Source of the DNA: Desulfobacterales bacterium | GTDB taxonomy: Bacteria > Desulfobacterota > Desulfobacteria > Desulfobacterales > UBA2174 | DNA: 64,000 nt | Direction: 5' to 3' | Assembly (NCBI GenBank): GCA_963668645.2 | Contig: CAXXWC010000021.1 | Location: 1 to 64,000 of the forward strand | In this document: positions 51,346 to 61,627 of the stretch, piece by piece | Layout of the letters: each line of letters begins with the position of its first letter | Position numbering within the stretch: position 1 is the stretch's first letter | Made by a program: the position numbers and the translations under genes | Notes under the pieces: generated by a model | Told to the model about the DNA's origin: nothing | The model's input: only the letters and a program-made list of their open reading frames with translations | Databases searched by the model: none

Positions 51346-52935
51346 TCAGTGATGCACTTCCTTGTCTTTGGCTCCACTCCATTCATTCGCATAGCGAATT
51401 CGTTTGTTTATTGAGTTGTTCTTGTTTACGGTTCCTGAAGTTCTCACGCACAAGACCAAAATCCCACCGAAAGCCATCAACCCAACGAAAGCGGCAATAC
51501 GCCAAGTCCATGATACGTCAAGGTTTTCCCATGGTACACTCATAAAACCGAACATAAGCGCAGGCAAACCGATCATAAAAGTCAGCAGGTCAATCCTGCG
51601 CTGCATCCTCTCTGATCGTTCTAGATTGATCCTTTCGTACATTCGCTTAACTTCTCCGCTTAATTCTTCATGAAGTTGGGAAATCTGGAAGACTTCTTGG
51701 CATTTACGGTAGCATCGGTGGTGGTGCTCTCTTTGCATAACCTGTGCAAAATAGACTCTGGCTTCAAACTCCAGAATGTGCTCGTAGATACGTTCAAACG
51801 TCAGTTCTCGATGCGCTACATTCTGGGTGAGCCACTTTTCTGCTACCTGTTGCTGCAAACTCATCAGCGAGAACCTTTGATTAGCTGAAATTAGGAACAA
51901 CAGGAAGTATTGTTTTCGCACATGATCTGGCATAGTTTTTACAAAAAACTCCTCTTTCGGGGGGTTCATCGCCAAATATCCACCACCATCTAAACTGAAA
52001 AAAAACCATTGATCCATCGCATAGGAAAGAACGCTGGCGTGATCCAAGCGGATATCATCGTCACTCGGATGAAGCATCTGATTTGAGTGAAAAATTGTCC
52101 GTATAAGGTATAATAGTTCTGCTTTATGTTTTGGCTCTGTTGGTGCATCCTCTACAAGTAAACAAACATACGGAATTGCCTGACCTGGAATGAATACATC
52201 TTGCCACCATCGTTGTGTTACGTATTTTCCTGAAACCGCAGAACGAAGAACGTAATCTAAAACGCAAATGGAATGCAAACAGACTTTATCGGTGTCCTCA
52301 ATTTTGTCGATTACAGGAGGGTAGAAATCCTCCCAGATATTGGGACCGAGGCGACGTCTTGCGTGTAATGAAGTTGCCCGATTGCCCCCAAAGAAACGAA
52401 AATAATAAATAAAATCTATCCACGAAGCCAAGTCATGAGAACATGGACATGCCTCAATAGTGAAAAAGCCGGTTCCAAGCCTGAATATCGTCAGTTCGAT
52501 AGACACCCAACGAAATCGAATCGTTCTGTTTTTGGACAATTCGATTCTCCATTCGGCTTTGGCGCCCAGCCCCCAGTTAACGGAGTCGAGCGCATCTCGC
52601 TGCATCGACCAAAGATGAGCAGTCGAGTGTCCCGCATCTTTCACGCAAGAAACATCTCCTCCTCCCTCGTTCAGATAGCGTGCGACATGAGGGAGCAAAT
52701 CGTCTTCGGCAAAGCAGGAAGACTTCCAAATAGGCCGGCATTCCGTATCATTCCTCCACGATGCCTCTGAAATCGATTGTGTTAACGAAGAAAAAGCATC
52801 TGAGTCAAATAGGAATGGGTATACGAAGCGAACAAATGACTCTTTACGTACACTACCAATTTTATTGGGCAGCGTAGCAATCCGGGCTCCCTGAGCTGCA
52901 TCTGTCCTTATCCCATCTTGCTCACAATAAATCAT
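51346..52935 (-). CDS. Long CorA-like protein (large soluble N-terminus plus two C-terminal TM helices, GMN motif degenerate)
   Basis: FVYPF, LLPHV, F..GTGF, YFLLFL...QRFSL, F....YF..V....H...Y, coiled stalk, then TM1 LLTFMIGLPALMFGFMSVP and TM2. ATG at 52935 follows GAGGAAGG; the ORF track start is 53094. Confidence 0.65.
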   Translation of the reverse strand: MIYCEQDGIRTDAAQGARIATLPNKIGSVRKESFVRFVYPFLFDSDAFSSLTQSISEASWRNDTECRPIWKSSCFAEDDLLPHVARYLNEGGGDVSCVKDAGHSTAHLWSMQRDALDSVNWGLGAKAEWRIELSKNRTIRFRWVSIELTIFRLGTGFFTIEACPCSHDLASWIDFIYYFRFFGGNRATSLHARRRLGPNIWEDFYPPVIDKIEDTDKVCLHSICVLDYVLRSAVSGKYVTQRWWQDVFIPGQAIPYVCLLVEDAPTEPKHKAELLYLIRTIFHSNQMLHPSDDDIRLDHASVLSYAMDQWFFFSLDGGGYLAMNPPKEEFFVKTMPDHVRKQYFLLFLISANQRFSLMSLQQQVAEKWLTQNVAHRELTFERIYEHILEFEARVYFAQVMQREHHHRCYRKCQEVFQISQLHEELSGEVKRMYERINLERSERMQRRIDLLTFMIGLPALMFGFMSVPWENLDVSWTWRIAAFVGLMAFGGILVLCVRTSGTVNKNNSINKRIRYANEWSGAKDKEVHH

Positions 52936-53238
52936 CTGCGCAACCTTCCTCTTTTGGCATAAGGATTGAGGGATGGTGTGAAAACGAATGTAAGCCAAAA
53001 TATTTCTTAATTCTGAGCGATAACTTACTGCTAAGCCTGCAAAATTTCTTAATTCATTTCCATTAAAAATATCAAATGTTATGCATTGATTCAAGCGAAT
53101 TGTAAAGATTTAAAAACAATAATTGTCTCCTAAAAACTAATATATTATTAGTGGTAGCGAGATATAATTTATAGCCTGCCTTTTCTGCAATTACACCATC
53201 AAAATAAAAGACAATATGCGATACTTTTTGAGGCTAAA

Positions 53239-53802
53239 TTAACATCTACTCAGCGAATCTCTCTTATATTTATTGGTAATCATCCACGGCAATCTTATAT
53301 CTGGATTTTTTGTCTCAATGTAGTAGAAATCCGGATTAAATGCTGGAAAATGATCCTTTGTGAAGGACAGATATTTTATCTGCCTTGCACCAATTTTATT
53401 AAAATATTCAATGTATGTCTTTGCTGTGCCTCCAGTGTGCAACTCACCCGCAACTAACAAAATTTTATCCAAATTACTACTCAAATTTATTTGTTCAAAA
53501 AGTCGTTCTCTTCGAATATTGTTTTTCCAATCGTAAACACGGTCAATTACAAGCAAAGGCACATGTCCCAAACATCCTGACAGCAATGCACCAACAATAG
53601 AACCACCACGGCCCACACCCACGATTAAAGTTGGCATATAATTTTTGGTTATCAAATCTTCTTTTAGCTTCATTACGTCTTTTTCTACGGTTTTCCAATC
53701 AATTTTCTTATATGGCACGAGCCATTTATATATAGTTACTATCGAAATTATCCCCCCGATGAAGGATAAGAAATATATCATTGTGTCAAGATAAATTTTC
53801 AT
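53239..53802 (-). CDS. Type I phosphoribosyltransferase-like protein with N-terminal TM helix
   Basis: IDW, LIVGVGRGG, KILLVAGELHTGGT, PDFY, LPW (Gpt/HGPRT-like); very AT-rich. Confidence 0.75.
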   Translation of the reverse strand: MKIYLDTMIYFLSFIGGIISIVTIYKWLVPYKKIDWKTVEKDVMKLKEDLITKNYMPTLIVGVGRGGSIVGALLSGCLGHVPLLVIDRVYDWKNNIRRERLFEQINLSSNLDKILLVAGELHTGGTAKTYIEYFNKIGARQIKYLSFTKDHFPAFNPDFYYIETKNPDIRLPWMITNKYKRDSLSRC

Positions 53803-54849
53803 TTGTTTTTCTTAACTCATCCAAACAGTTTGAAGATGGAGAAATTTTCCTGCTATTTCCATTGCTATTGCCATATAGCACGCTTATAAAAATAAAAAGC
53901 AGTTCTTGAGTTTTCCATGTTTTGATTTTCCATAATATTTGATATTAACTCAACTTTCGGGTTTCATTTTCAGGTTTGTGATTTCAATGCGTTAGGCCCA
54001 TAAAAAAGTAACTTTAGCTGCAATATCGCATAGTACTTTTGCCACCTAAACCATTTCAACTATCTGTAATTTAATGTTATTATTCCGTTTCTCGAATCCC
54101 GAAAGTTGAGATATTAATGAAACATATAGAAAACAGACTTGAATTCCCTTTAGCTTGATCTTAACGCCCATGGATGAAGTACATCGGGGTCTATCTACTA
54201 ACACATACCTCCTGCATCGAATCGAGCAAAAGTAATGCAACTGGATACGTTTTTGATTTCTAAAATCGCTATAGATACCGGCCTACGAGCGAGGCCAAAA
54301 CTCCCCCGGTAAGACTGGTTCAGCAATTTTTGCTGGCCAAACCGTTGCAGACCATACACAAAATATAAATCCGACTCAAGTAAAAATTTAGCAATGGATT
54401 GAAAAATAGAGCAAATCAGAAATTTTTATATTTCTTAGGTTTAAATAAAATATAATAAAGAGTACCTTTCGGTCAGTTTGTAGAGGCATGAAGCTTTGTC
54501 GAGCGAAAATGGATTGTAGCTCTCCACTCCAGGTCACGCTGGCCATATGCGAACACGGCCTCGATGCCGAAGGAAATTTGGAGAATATGGATGGCGTTCG
54601 TCCCTCCGACCACGCCGCTGTTCAGGACGATCCAACCGGTATTGTCCCCCATGACCTCATTTTGGGATTCAGCGCACCTCCAAACGCCGTTAGCATTTGT
54701 ATCTTGCCAGCGGTTATTGTTTGTAATAATGATTACTAAAAGCAAGAGGCAAAAAATCAAACAGCTCCATTATAGGCGATCCAACGCAGAGATACCCTGC
54801 AACTCATACGGCCGCAACCAACTGATATGGTTAAAAAAGGATTAAAACG

Positions 54850-56267
54850 ATGTATTTCAAGCAGATTACGGTGACGGGTCTGGGGTGTAATTCCTATCTC
54901 ATCGGCTGCCCAGGAGCAAGGCAGGCGGTGGTCGTGGATCCAAAGCGGGATGTTCAGGACTACATGGACATATCCATAAATGAGGGAATGAAAATCACCC
55001 ATATCATTGAAACTCATGTGCACGCCGATCATGTCAGCGGCAACCAGGAATTAAAATCACGCTCTGGGGTAGATATCTATTACGGTGAAGGCTCCCCCGT
55101 GACGTTTGATCATAAAGAATTGAAAGAAGGCGATGTCATCGAATTCGGCATGGTCAAGCTCCAAATTTGATGCTCTCGTAAAAAGTCGAAATTTTAGTTT
55201 TTGGTTGCTGTAACATATTGATATCATTAACTGGAAAATTTTAAAAAGCGCGTTTTTCGGACTTTTTACGAACGAGTCAAATTTTGAATACCTCTGGCCA
55301 TACACCCAACTCTATTTCAATTCTGGTGCTGGCCGGAGCGGAAATTTTAGATGAACAGGTGAAGAACCTGTATAATTCTCTTTATGAAAAGCTGCATGGT
55401 CTGCCGGATTATCTGGAGGTTTTTCCTGCTCATGGTCAGGGCTCCCTTTGCGGCAAAGGGTTGAGCGCCAAGGCGAGCAGCACCCTGGGCTATGAACGTC
55501 TGACCCAGCCGGTGCTGCAGTTGCCGGGGTTTGATGCGTTCCATGATCAGATTGCGGGGACTTTTCCTGTCAGGCCGAAAAGTTTTACGCACATAATCAG
55601 TACCAATGCCTATGGTGCCCCACTTCTGGAGCGCTGTCCGCTGGAGCAAACGCTGAATCTCGATCAGTTCGAACAGATCCGCCAACAGGGCGCAACGATC
55701 ATCGATAACCGGGATACGGCTTCCTTCGGCGGATTCCATATCCCCGGCGCCATCAATATCGGATTTGAAAAGCAGATGGCCAACTGGATCGGCATGGTCG
55801 TCAATCCGTTGGACAATCTTCTGCTGGTGGTGGATGACCGGGACAAGTATGATCAGATGACGACCCAACTGCACCGAATCGGTTATGATAACATTTACGG
55901 TTATCTTTCCGGCGGCATGGCGGCATGGATTTCCAGCGGTATGCCCATCGACAGCCTGTCGCCGATTTCTGCCCACCTTCTCAAACAGCAAGTGGACAAT
56001 GAAGGTTGCGGACAGATCGTGGATGTTCGAACCCTCGAAGAAAGGGCACAGGGCCATATTTGAGGTTCACGCCACGTCCCCATGACCGATATTCTGACAG
56101 ACAGTCTGGATATTCCCAAAGACGAGGAAGTGATTCTGGTTTGCGGCACCGGATATCGGGCCAACATTGTGGCCAGCCACCTCAAACAGGATGGATTCAG
56201 CCATGTGCACAGCCTTGCCGGTGGACTCACCGCCTGGCAGAACGCAGGTTATGATCTTGCAGTCTGA
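54850..56267 (+). pseudogene. MBL-fold hydrolase/rhodanese fusion (persulfide dioxygenase-sulfurtransferase-like), disrupted
   Basis: SYLIG, VVDPKRD, THVHADHVSG, GHT, PAHG.GSLCG, HIPGA, VCGTGYRA; broken by a MITE, an apparent in-frame deletion and an in-frame TGA at 56061-56063. Confidence 0.88.
55169..55278. mobile_element. 110-bp non-autonomous MITE with 6-bp target-site duplication
   Basis: TIRs GATGCTCTCGTAAAAAGTC / GACTTTTTACGAACGAGTC; AAATTT direct repeats at 55163-55168 and 55279-55284; excision restores the frame KLQILNTSGH. Confidence 0.92.
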
Positions 56268-56368
56268 CCAGAACAGCGTAATCACAATATATTTACTTAT
56301 GGTTTTAAAGAACACTTGATGAGGTATGGGGGGAATTTCTTCCCCCTCCCTTACCCGCCTCTCACCCA

Positions 56369-58039
56369 TCATGCGACCTTCGAATCGAGGTAAAAATCCT
56401 TGTAGAGGGCGCGCACCTCCTTCTTGGAAAACTTGCCGACGCTGGTCTTGGGAATCGTGTCCACGAACAGAACGCGGTCCGGCAACTGCCACTTGGCAAA
56501 GCCGGGGGCGATGAACTCCAGAATATCCTCCGGTGTCACGCTGTCCGCCTGGTATTTATGCAAAACTACAAGCGCCAGCGGTCGTTCCTGCCACTTGGGA
56601 TGTTCGATGCCGACCACGGCGGCTTCGATCACGGCCGGGTGGGCCATGATGGCATTTTCCAGATCGATGGAGGAAATCCACTCCCCGCCGCTCTTGATGA
56701 TGTCCTTGAAACGGTCGCTGATCTTCAGGTACCCGTTGGCATCGATGTAGCCGGCGTCTCCGCTGCGCCAGTACCCGTCCACAAAAGCCTCCGCGGTGCG
56801 TTCATCATTGTAGTAAGCACGCGTGATCCAGGGCCCCCGGAGCAGCACTTCGCCGGCGTTTCCCTCACCCGGCGGCAGTTCCTGGCCCGCGGGGTCGACG
56901 ATTCTGACGTCGATGCCGCACACGGGCAACCCCTGCTTCTTGCGCAGTTCCCAGCGCTCGGCCTCTGGCCAGGCGGCGATGGAAGGTTTGAGCAAGTTGC
57001 TCGTCACGATGGGGGTGGTCTCGGTGGCCCCGTAGGCGTGCACGATGTCGGCGCCAAATTCGGCATACCCCCGCATCATGGCCAGGGGCGGCTCCGTGGC
57101 TCCGGAAACGATGCGCAGGTTGTGGAATCGCGGCTTTTCCGGAAGGGATCGCAGGTAATCGAGCATGGGCATCAGGATCGCCGGCGCCCCTTCGTTGAGG
57201 GTCACCTTTTCGGCCACCATGAGGTCTACCAGCACGTTGGTCGTTTCGGCGGTATACATCCCGGGAAAGACAAGTTTGGCGCCCACGGCACAAGCGCAGA
57301 AGAACAACCCCCAACCGTGGCAGTGAAACATTGGAACGGTCTGCATGATCACGTCCCGGTTGTTCATGCTCAGGTTCATGGCCACGGTGATGGTGTGCAG
57401 GTAAATACAGCGGTGGGAAAAATACACCCCCTTGGGTTTGCCGGTGGTGCCCGAGGTGTAGCAGGCCGAATAGGCCGACTCCTCGTCGATCATGGGCCAC
57501 TCGAACACCGGGGCCTCGGCCGCCAGCAGTTCCTCGTAGCCGCTCACCGGGCTCAACGGCGTGGCCACCTCATCGATGGACTTGTCGCTGATCACGACAT
57601 AGCCCCGGACCTTTTCCAACCGGCCGGCGATCGGTTCGATCAGGGGCAGCAGGGTTTGGTTCACGACCATCAGGGTGGCGCCGGCATGATTGATGACGTA
57701 GACCTTGTCGTCGGCCGAGATTCTCAGGTTCACCTGCAACAGCACGGCACCGATGCCGGACAGGGCCTGGTAAAGCTCCCAGTAGCGATGGGTGTTCCAC
57801 TCCACCACACCCACCCGGTCGCCAGGCTTGACCCCGAGCTTGACCAGCGCGTTGGCCAGTTGCTGGATACGTCCATAGGCCTCGTGATAGGTGTAGCGGA
57901 ACATCGTGCCGTCCACCCGGCGAGATGCGATCTCCACTTCCGGATAAGTCCGCGCGGCGCTTTTGATGAAGGTAACGGTGTTGAGCTGAAAGTCGTCGCC
58001 GGACGTCGAGGGAAAGCCCTGGATGATTGGGTTCGTCAT
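56369..58039 (-). CDS. Fatty-acid-CoA ligase (medium/long-chain type)
   Basis: YTSGTTGKPKG, PMFH, YGATET, SGD, DRFKDIIKSGGEWISS, PKTSVGK. Confidence 0.92.
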   Translation of the reverse strand: MTNPIIQGFPSTSGDDFQLNTVTFIKSAARTYPEVEIASRRVDGTMFRYTYHEAYGRIQQLANALVKLGVKPGDRVGVVEWNTHRYWELYQALSGIGAVLLQVNLRISADDKVYVINHAGATLMVVNQTLLPLIEPIAGRLEKVRGYVVISDKSIDEVATPLSPVSGYEELLAAEAPVFEWPMIDEESAYSACYTSGTTGKPKGVYFSHRCIYLHTITVAMNLSMNNRDVIMQTVPMFHCHGWGLFFCACAVGAKLVFPGMYTAETTNVLVDLMVAEKVTLNEGAPAILMPMLDYLRSLPEKPRFHNLRIVSGATEPPLAMMRGYAEFGADIVHAYGATETTPIVTSNLLKPSIAAWPEAERWELRKKQGLPVCGIDVRIVDPAGQELPPGEGNAGEVLLRGPWITRAYYNDERTAEAFVDGYWRSGDAGYIDANGYLKISDRFKDIIKSGGEWISSIDLENAIMAHPAVIEAAVVGIEHPKWQERPLALVVLHKYQADSVTPEDILEFIAPGFAKWQLPDRVLFVDTIPKTSVGKFSKKEVRALYKDFYLDSKVA

Positions 58040-58158
58040 AATACTTGTCCTTTCTTTTTTGAATACGGCTCAGATCCGGGTCATGGGGCTGCAAATTCTC
58101 CGTAAAAACGGAGAGGTCTGTTCAACACTCATTGCCAAGCGTTATATTCAGAAACGGA

Positions 58159-58566
58159 TCAACAAAAGCTGAACAACGGTCGCGCCGCCTCGCCGAACGA
58201 GTAGACATCCCCGGGGAAAACCTTGTGTCCCAAAGTCACCCGCTTTCCGATCACCTCCATGGTGACGTTGGCCGGGTTCATTTCATTGAGGTTTCCGGAA
58301 ATCCACGGTCCTTCATCAAGGGCGACCATCACAATGGTGTAGGGAACCTCGACCTCACGGCCCAGGGGCGCGACGTAGGTGGTGGTAAACGTCTTGATCT
58401 CCCCTTTTCCGCTCAGCTCGATGATCTTTTGGTCGCTTGCACCGCACTCCTGGCACACCATCTTGGGCGGGCAGGTGACGATCCCGCACCTTTGGCACTT
58501 CAATCCGAGTAGCTTGTTTTGCTTCAGCGCGTCGCTGTAAGCGCAAAAATCGATTTTGTATTTCAT
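58159..58566 (-). CDS. Zn-ribbon/OB-fold (DUF35) acyl-CoA-binding protein
   Basis: CQRCG...PPKMVCQECG, SGKGEIKTFT, PY....V.LDEGP. Confidence 0.88.
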   Translation of the reverse strand: MKYKIDFCAYSDALKQNKLLGLKCQRCGIVTCPPKMVCQECGASDQKIIELSGKGEIKTFTTTYVAPLGREVEVPYTIVMVALDEGPWISGNLNEMNPANVTMEVIGKRVTLGHKVFPGDVYSFGEAARPLFSFC

Positions 58567-58591
58567 TGCAGGCTCCTTTTCAAAAACCGGC

Positions 58592-59767
58592 TCAATCTCT
58601 TTTCAGGACCAGGTTGACGATGATCCCGTCGCCGCCCAGGGTATCCACCAGGCCGACCCTGGCCCCTTCCACCTGGCGTCCCTGGTCCACCAGCTCGCCG
58701 CGCAGCTGCCGGGTCACTTCATAGACCTGGGAGACGCCGGTGGCGCCGATGGGGTGGCCTTTGGATTTCAATCCGCCGGAAATGTTGATGGGGATCTTGC
58801 CGCCGATTCGGGTCTCGCCTTTTTGCCACAGCTCGCCGGCCTTGCCGAATTCGGCAAAGCCCAGGCTTTCGGCCGCGATGAGGCTGGCGATGCTGAAACA
58901 ATCGTGCAGCTCGCAGACATCGATGTCCTGCGGTCCCACACCGGCCATGTCATAGGCCTGTTTCACCGAGATTTCCCTGGCCCGCAAACGGGGCAGGCAC
59001 TTGTACTGGGAAGCGATGTGACCGGAGGACGCTTGGCCTGTGCCGGCGATGTAGACGGGCTTGTCAGTGAGCTTTTTGGCCACCTCTTCCGAGGCCAGCA
59101 CCACGGCCGCCGCCCCGTCCGAGAACGGACAGCAGTCGAGCAGTTGAAGGGGCGTGGTCACCATGGGCCCATTCAACACCTTTTCCACCGTGATTTCCTT
59201 CTGGAACTGGGCGTTGGGGTTTTTGGCGCCGTAGTGATGGGACTGCACCGACACCAGGGCCATCTGCTCCTTGAGCTTTTCCAGCGGGATCTTGTAATGG
59301 CTGGCGTAGAGGTGGCTCAGCATGGCGAATACGGCCGGAAAAGTGAAGCCGGCCGGGTTTTCGAAGCGGCTGTCGCAAAACATGGCAAAGGTCCGGGTGG
59401 CCATGGGCGTTCCCATGGCCGTGGCCTTTTCATAGCCGCACACCAGAACGATGTCGTAAGCGCCGGAGGCCACCCACATGGCCGCATCCCGCACGGCGAT
59501 GGTGGCGGTGGCGCAGGCGCCTTCGAACCGCGTGGCCGCCACGTGGTTGCAGCCGATTTCACTGGCCAGGTAGGAATGGCACATGCCCTGGCCGTCGCTG
59601 AACTCGCCCAGCACGTTGCCGCAATAAATCGCCTGGATGTCTTTGGGGGTCAGATGGGAATGAACGATGGCATCCATGGATGCTTCGGCGAGCAGCTCCA
59701 CCCCGGTATTGGGCGAATTGGCCATGAACCGGGTGTGACCGCCGCCGATGACGGCTACTCTTCGCAT
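58592..59767 (-). CDS. SCP-x/archaeal-type thiolase
   Basis: EGACATA, DCCPFSDGAAA, ELHDCF, SGGLKSKGHPIGATG. Confidence 0.9.
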   Translation of the reverse strand: MRRVAVIGGGHTRFMANSPNTGVELLAEASMDAIVHSHLTPKDIQAIYCGNVLGEFSDGQGMCHSYLASEIGCNHVAATRFEGACATATIAVRDAAMWVASGAYDIVLVCGYEKATAMGTPMATRTFAMFCDSRFENPAGFTFPAVFAMLSHLYASHYKIPLEKLKEQMALVSVQSHHYGAKNPNAQFQKEITVEKVLNGPMVTTPLQLLDCCPFSDGAAAVVLASEEVAKKLTDKPVYIAGTGQASSGHIASQYKCLPRLRAREISVKQAYDMAGVGPQDIDVCELHDCFSIASLIAAESLGFAEFGKAGELWQKGETRIGGKIPINISGGLKSKGHPIGATGVSQVYEVTRQLRGELVDQGRQVEGARVGLVDTLGGDGIIVNLVLKRD

Positions 59768-59829
59768 GGGTACTCCTTTCGGTTACCGGACAATGCGATA
59801 TCCGGAAGCATTCAGTCCCCGACGGAATG

Positions 59830-60612
59830 TCAATGGTGTTGAAATGCGGGGGTTCTTTTTTCCAGAAACGCCGCCACGCCCTCTTCCTTGTCCCGGGTTG
59901 AAAACAGGATCTCAAAACAGCGCATCTCATGGGCCAGGGCTGCGGCCAGCGGCATATCGAACCCTTCGTCGATCAGGCCCTTGATGGTTTTCAGCGTAAA
60001 GCCCGGACGCGCGGCATAGGAGCCCGCCAGTTTCATGGCCTCGTCCATCAGCGCGTCGGTGGGCACCACGGCATTCACCAGACCGATGCGATAGGCCTCC
60101 TGGGCGTCGAAGGGCTCGCCGGAGAAAATATGCTGTTTGGCCCGCCCGGCGCCGATGAGTCGTGGCAGCCGCTGGGTGCCGCCGCCCCCGGGAAGCAGTC
60201 CCAGCTTGATTTCCGGCAGCGCGAACCTGGCGTTTTCGGCGGCAATACGCACATCGCAGGCCATGCACAATTCGCACCCGCCCCCGAAAGCGAACCCGGC
60301 CACGGCGGCAATGACGGGTCGATCCAGGCCTTCGAGGCGGTTGAAGACGCGCTGCATTTCGGTGATGTACCCCCTTGCCTCGGCAGGAGACCGGATCGCC
60401 GCGATTTCCTTGATATCCGCCCCGGCGGCAAATGCCTTGGCGCTGCCGGTGACGATGACCGCCCTGATATCGGCGTCCTTTTCGATCGAATCCAGAGCCT
60501 GATCGAGTTCAGCAACGAGTTGGCGGCACAGGGCGTTGAGGGCCTTGGGCCGGTTCAGGGTGACCACGGCCACGGGGCCGGCGGTTTCGAAGAGAATGGT
60601 GTCGAATGTCAT
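59830..60612 (-). CDS. Enoyl-CoA hydratase (crotonase)
   Basis: LNRPKALNAL, AFAAGADI, GGGCEL, PEIKLGLLPGGGGTQRL; ATG at 60612. Confidence 0.92.
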   Translation of the reverse strand: MTFDTILFETAGPVAVVTLNRPKALNALCRQLVAELDQALDSIEKDADIRAVIVTGSAKAFAAGADIKEIAAIRSPAEARGYITEMQRVFNRLEGLDRPVIAAVAGFAFGGGCELCMACDVRIAAENARFALPEIKLGLLPGGGGTQRLPRLIGAGRAKQHIFSGEPFDAQEAYRIGLVNAVVPTDALMDEAMKLAGSYAARPGFTLKTIKGLIDEGFDMPLAAALAHEMRCFEILFSTRDKEEGVAAFLEKRTPAFQHH

Positions 60613-60771
60613 GTGTTCGTCTCCGCGTGTCCGCCCATAAATGGTGAATTTGGGTTCCTGGCAAGGCCCGAGCGAGTTTCCAACCGGAGGCATAGCCCCG
60701 CTATGTCGAGGATTGGAAACGAGCGAGAACGCCGCCAGGGGCCGAAAGGCGCCGTTTATGGATGAACACTC

Positions 60772-61542
60772 CTATTTGGCGGCCATCCTGATGGCGGCAT
60801 CCAACCGGATGGTTTCACCGTTGATCATGGGATTCTCGACGATCTGGGCCGCGAGCATGGCAAATTCCGAGGGACGGCCCAGTCGCTTGGGAAACGGCAT
60901 CATGCCGGCCAGGACCGCCTGGGCCTTTTCCGGAAGGCCGGCCACCATGGGGGTCATGAAAATCCCCGGGGCGATGGTGTTGACACGAATTCCGCAGTCG
61001 GCGAACTCCCTGGCGAGTGGCAGGGTCATGCCCACCACGCCCGCCTTCGACGCGCTGTAGGCGGCCTGACCGATCTGGCCTTCGAAGGCGGCCACCGAGG
61101 CCACGTTGATCATGACCCCCTTTTCCCCGTCCGCATTGGACGCGTTTTTCAGCATCCGGACCGCGACCAGCCGGACCACATTCATGGTGCCCACCAGATT
61201 GATCTGGATCACCTTGTTGAAAAAATCGATGGGCATGGGGCTGCCGTCTCGGCCGATCACCTTCTTGGGCGTGCCGACCCCCGCACAGTTGACCGCCACG
61301 TGAATCCCGCCAAAGGCTGCCACGGTCTTGTCGATGGCCGCCTGCACGCTGGCTTCGTCCGTCACGTCGGTTTTGCAGAAGATCGCCGCCTGGCCCAGCT
61401 CTGCGACCAACCTCTCGCCCCTGTCGGCGTCAAAATCGAAAATCGCCGCCTTGCCCCCCTTTGTGATCACCTGCCTGACCGTAGCTTCCCCGAGGCCGGA
61501 TGCTCCGCCGGTGACGACGGCTACACAATCTTTCAGCTCCAT
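60772..61542 (-). CDS. 3-hydroxyacyl-CoA dehydrogenase, SDR (HSD17B10-like)
   Basis: TGGASGLG, NCAG, ASVAAFEGQIGQAAYSASK, NGETIRLD. Confidence 0.92.
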   Translation of the reverse strand: MELKDCVAVVTGGASGLGEATVRQVITKGGKAAIFDFDADRGERLVAELGQAAIFCKTDVTDEASVQAAIDKTVAAFGGIHVAVNCAGVGTPKKVIGRDGSPMPIDFFNKVIQINLVGTMNVVRLVAVRMLKNASNADGEKGVMINVASVAAFEGQIGQAAYSASKAGVVGMTLPLAREFADCGIRVNTIAPGIFMTPMVAGLPEKAQAVLAGMMPFPKRLGRPSEFAMLAAQIVENPMINGETIRLDAAIRMAAK

Positions 61543-61627
61543 TGTTCAGTCCTTTTGTTTGTTCCCGGGTCAGATGTACCGGGAGTTGTTGTCAATTCCG
61601 ATTGAACGCCGGCCGGTCTTGCGCTGA

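Noticed and set aside
53803..54849. Short ORFs and possible sigma54 boxes in the AT-rich spacer
   Set aside because: No recognisable protein motifs; candidate boxes have wrong spacing or a weak -12.
56061..56063. In-frame TGA as possible selenocysteine
   Set aside because: Not at a Cys position (the rhodanese Cys is in VCGTGYR), no clear SECIS, and the gene is already broken upstream.
47860..56330. Prophage or integrative element explaining the lower-GC island
   Set aside because: No integrase, tRNA, phage genes or flanking direct repeats were found by eye.
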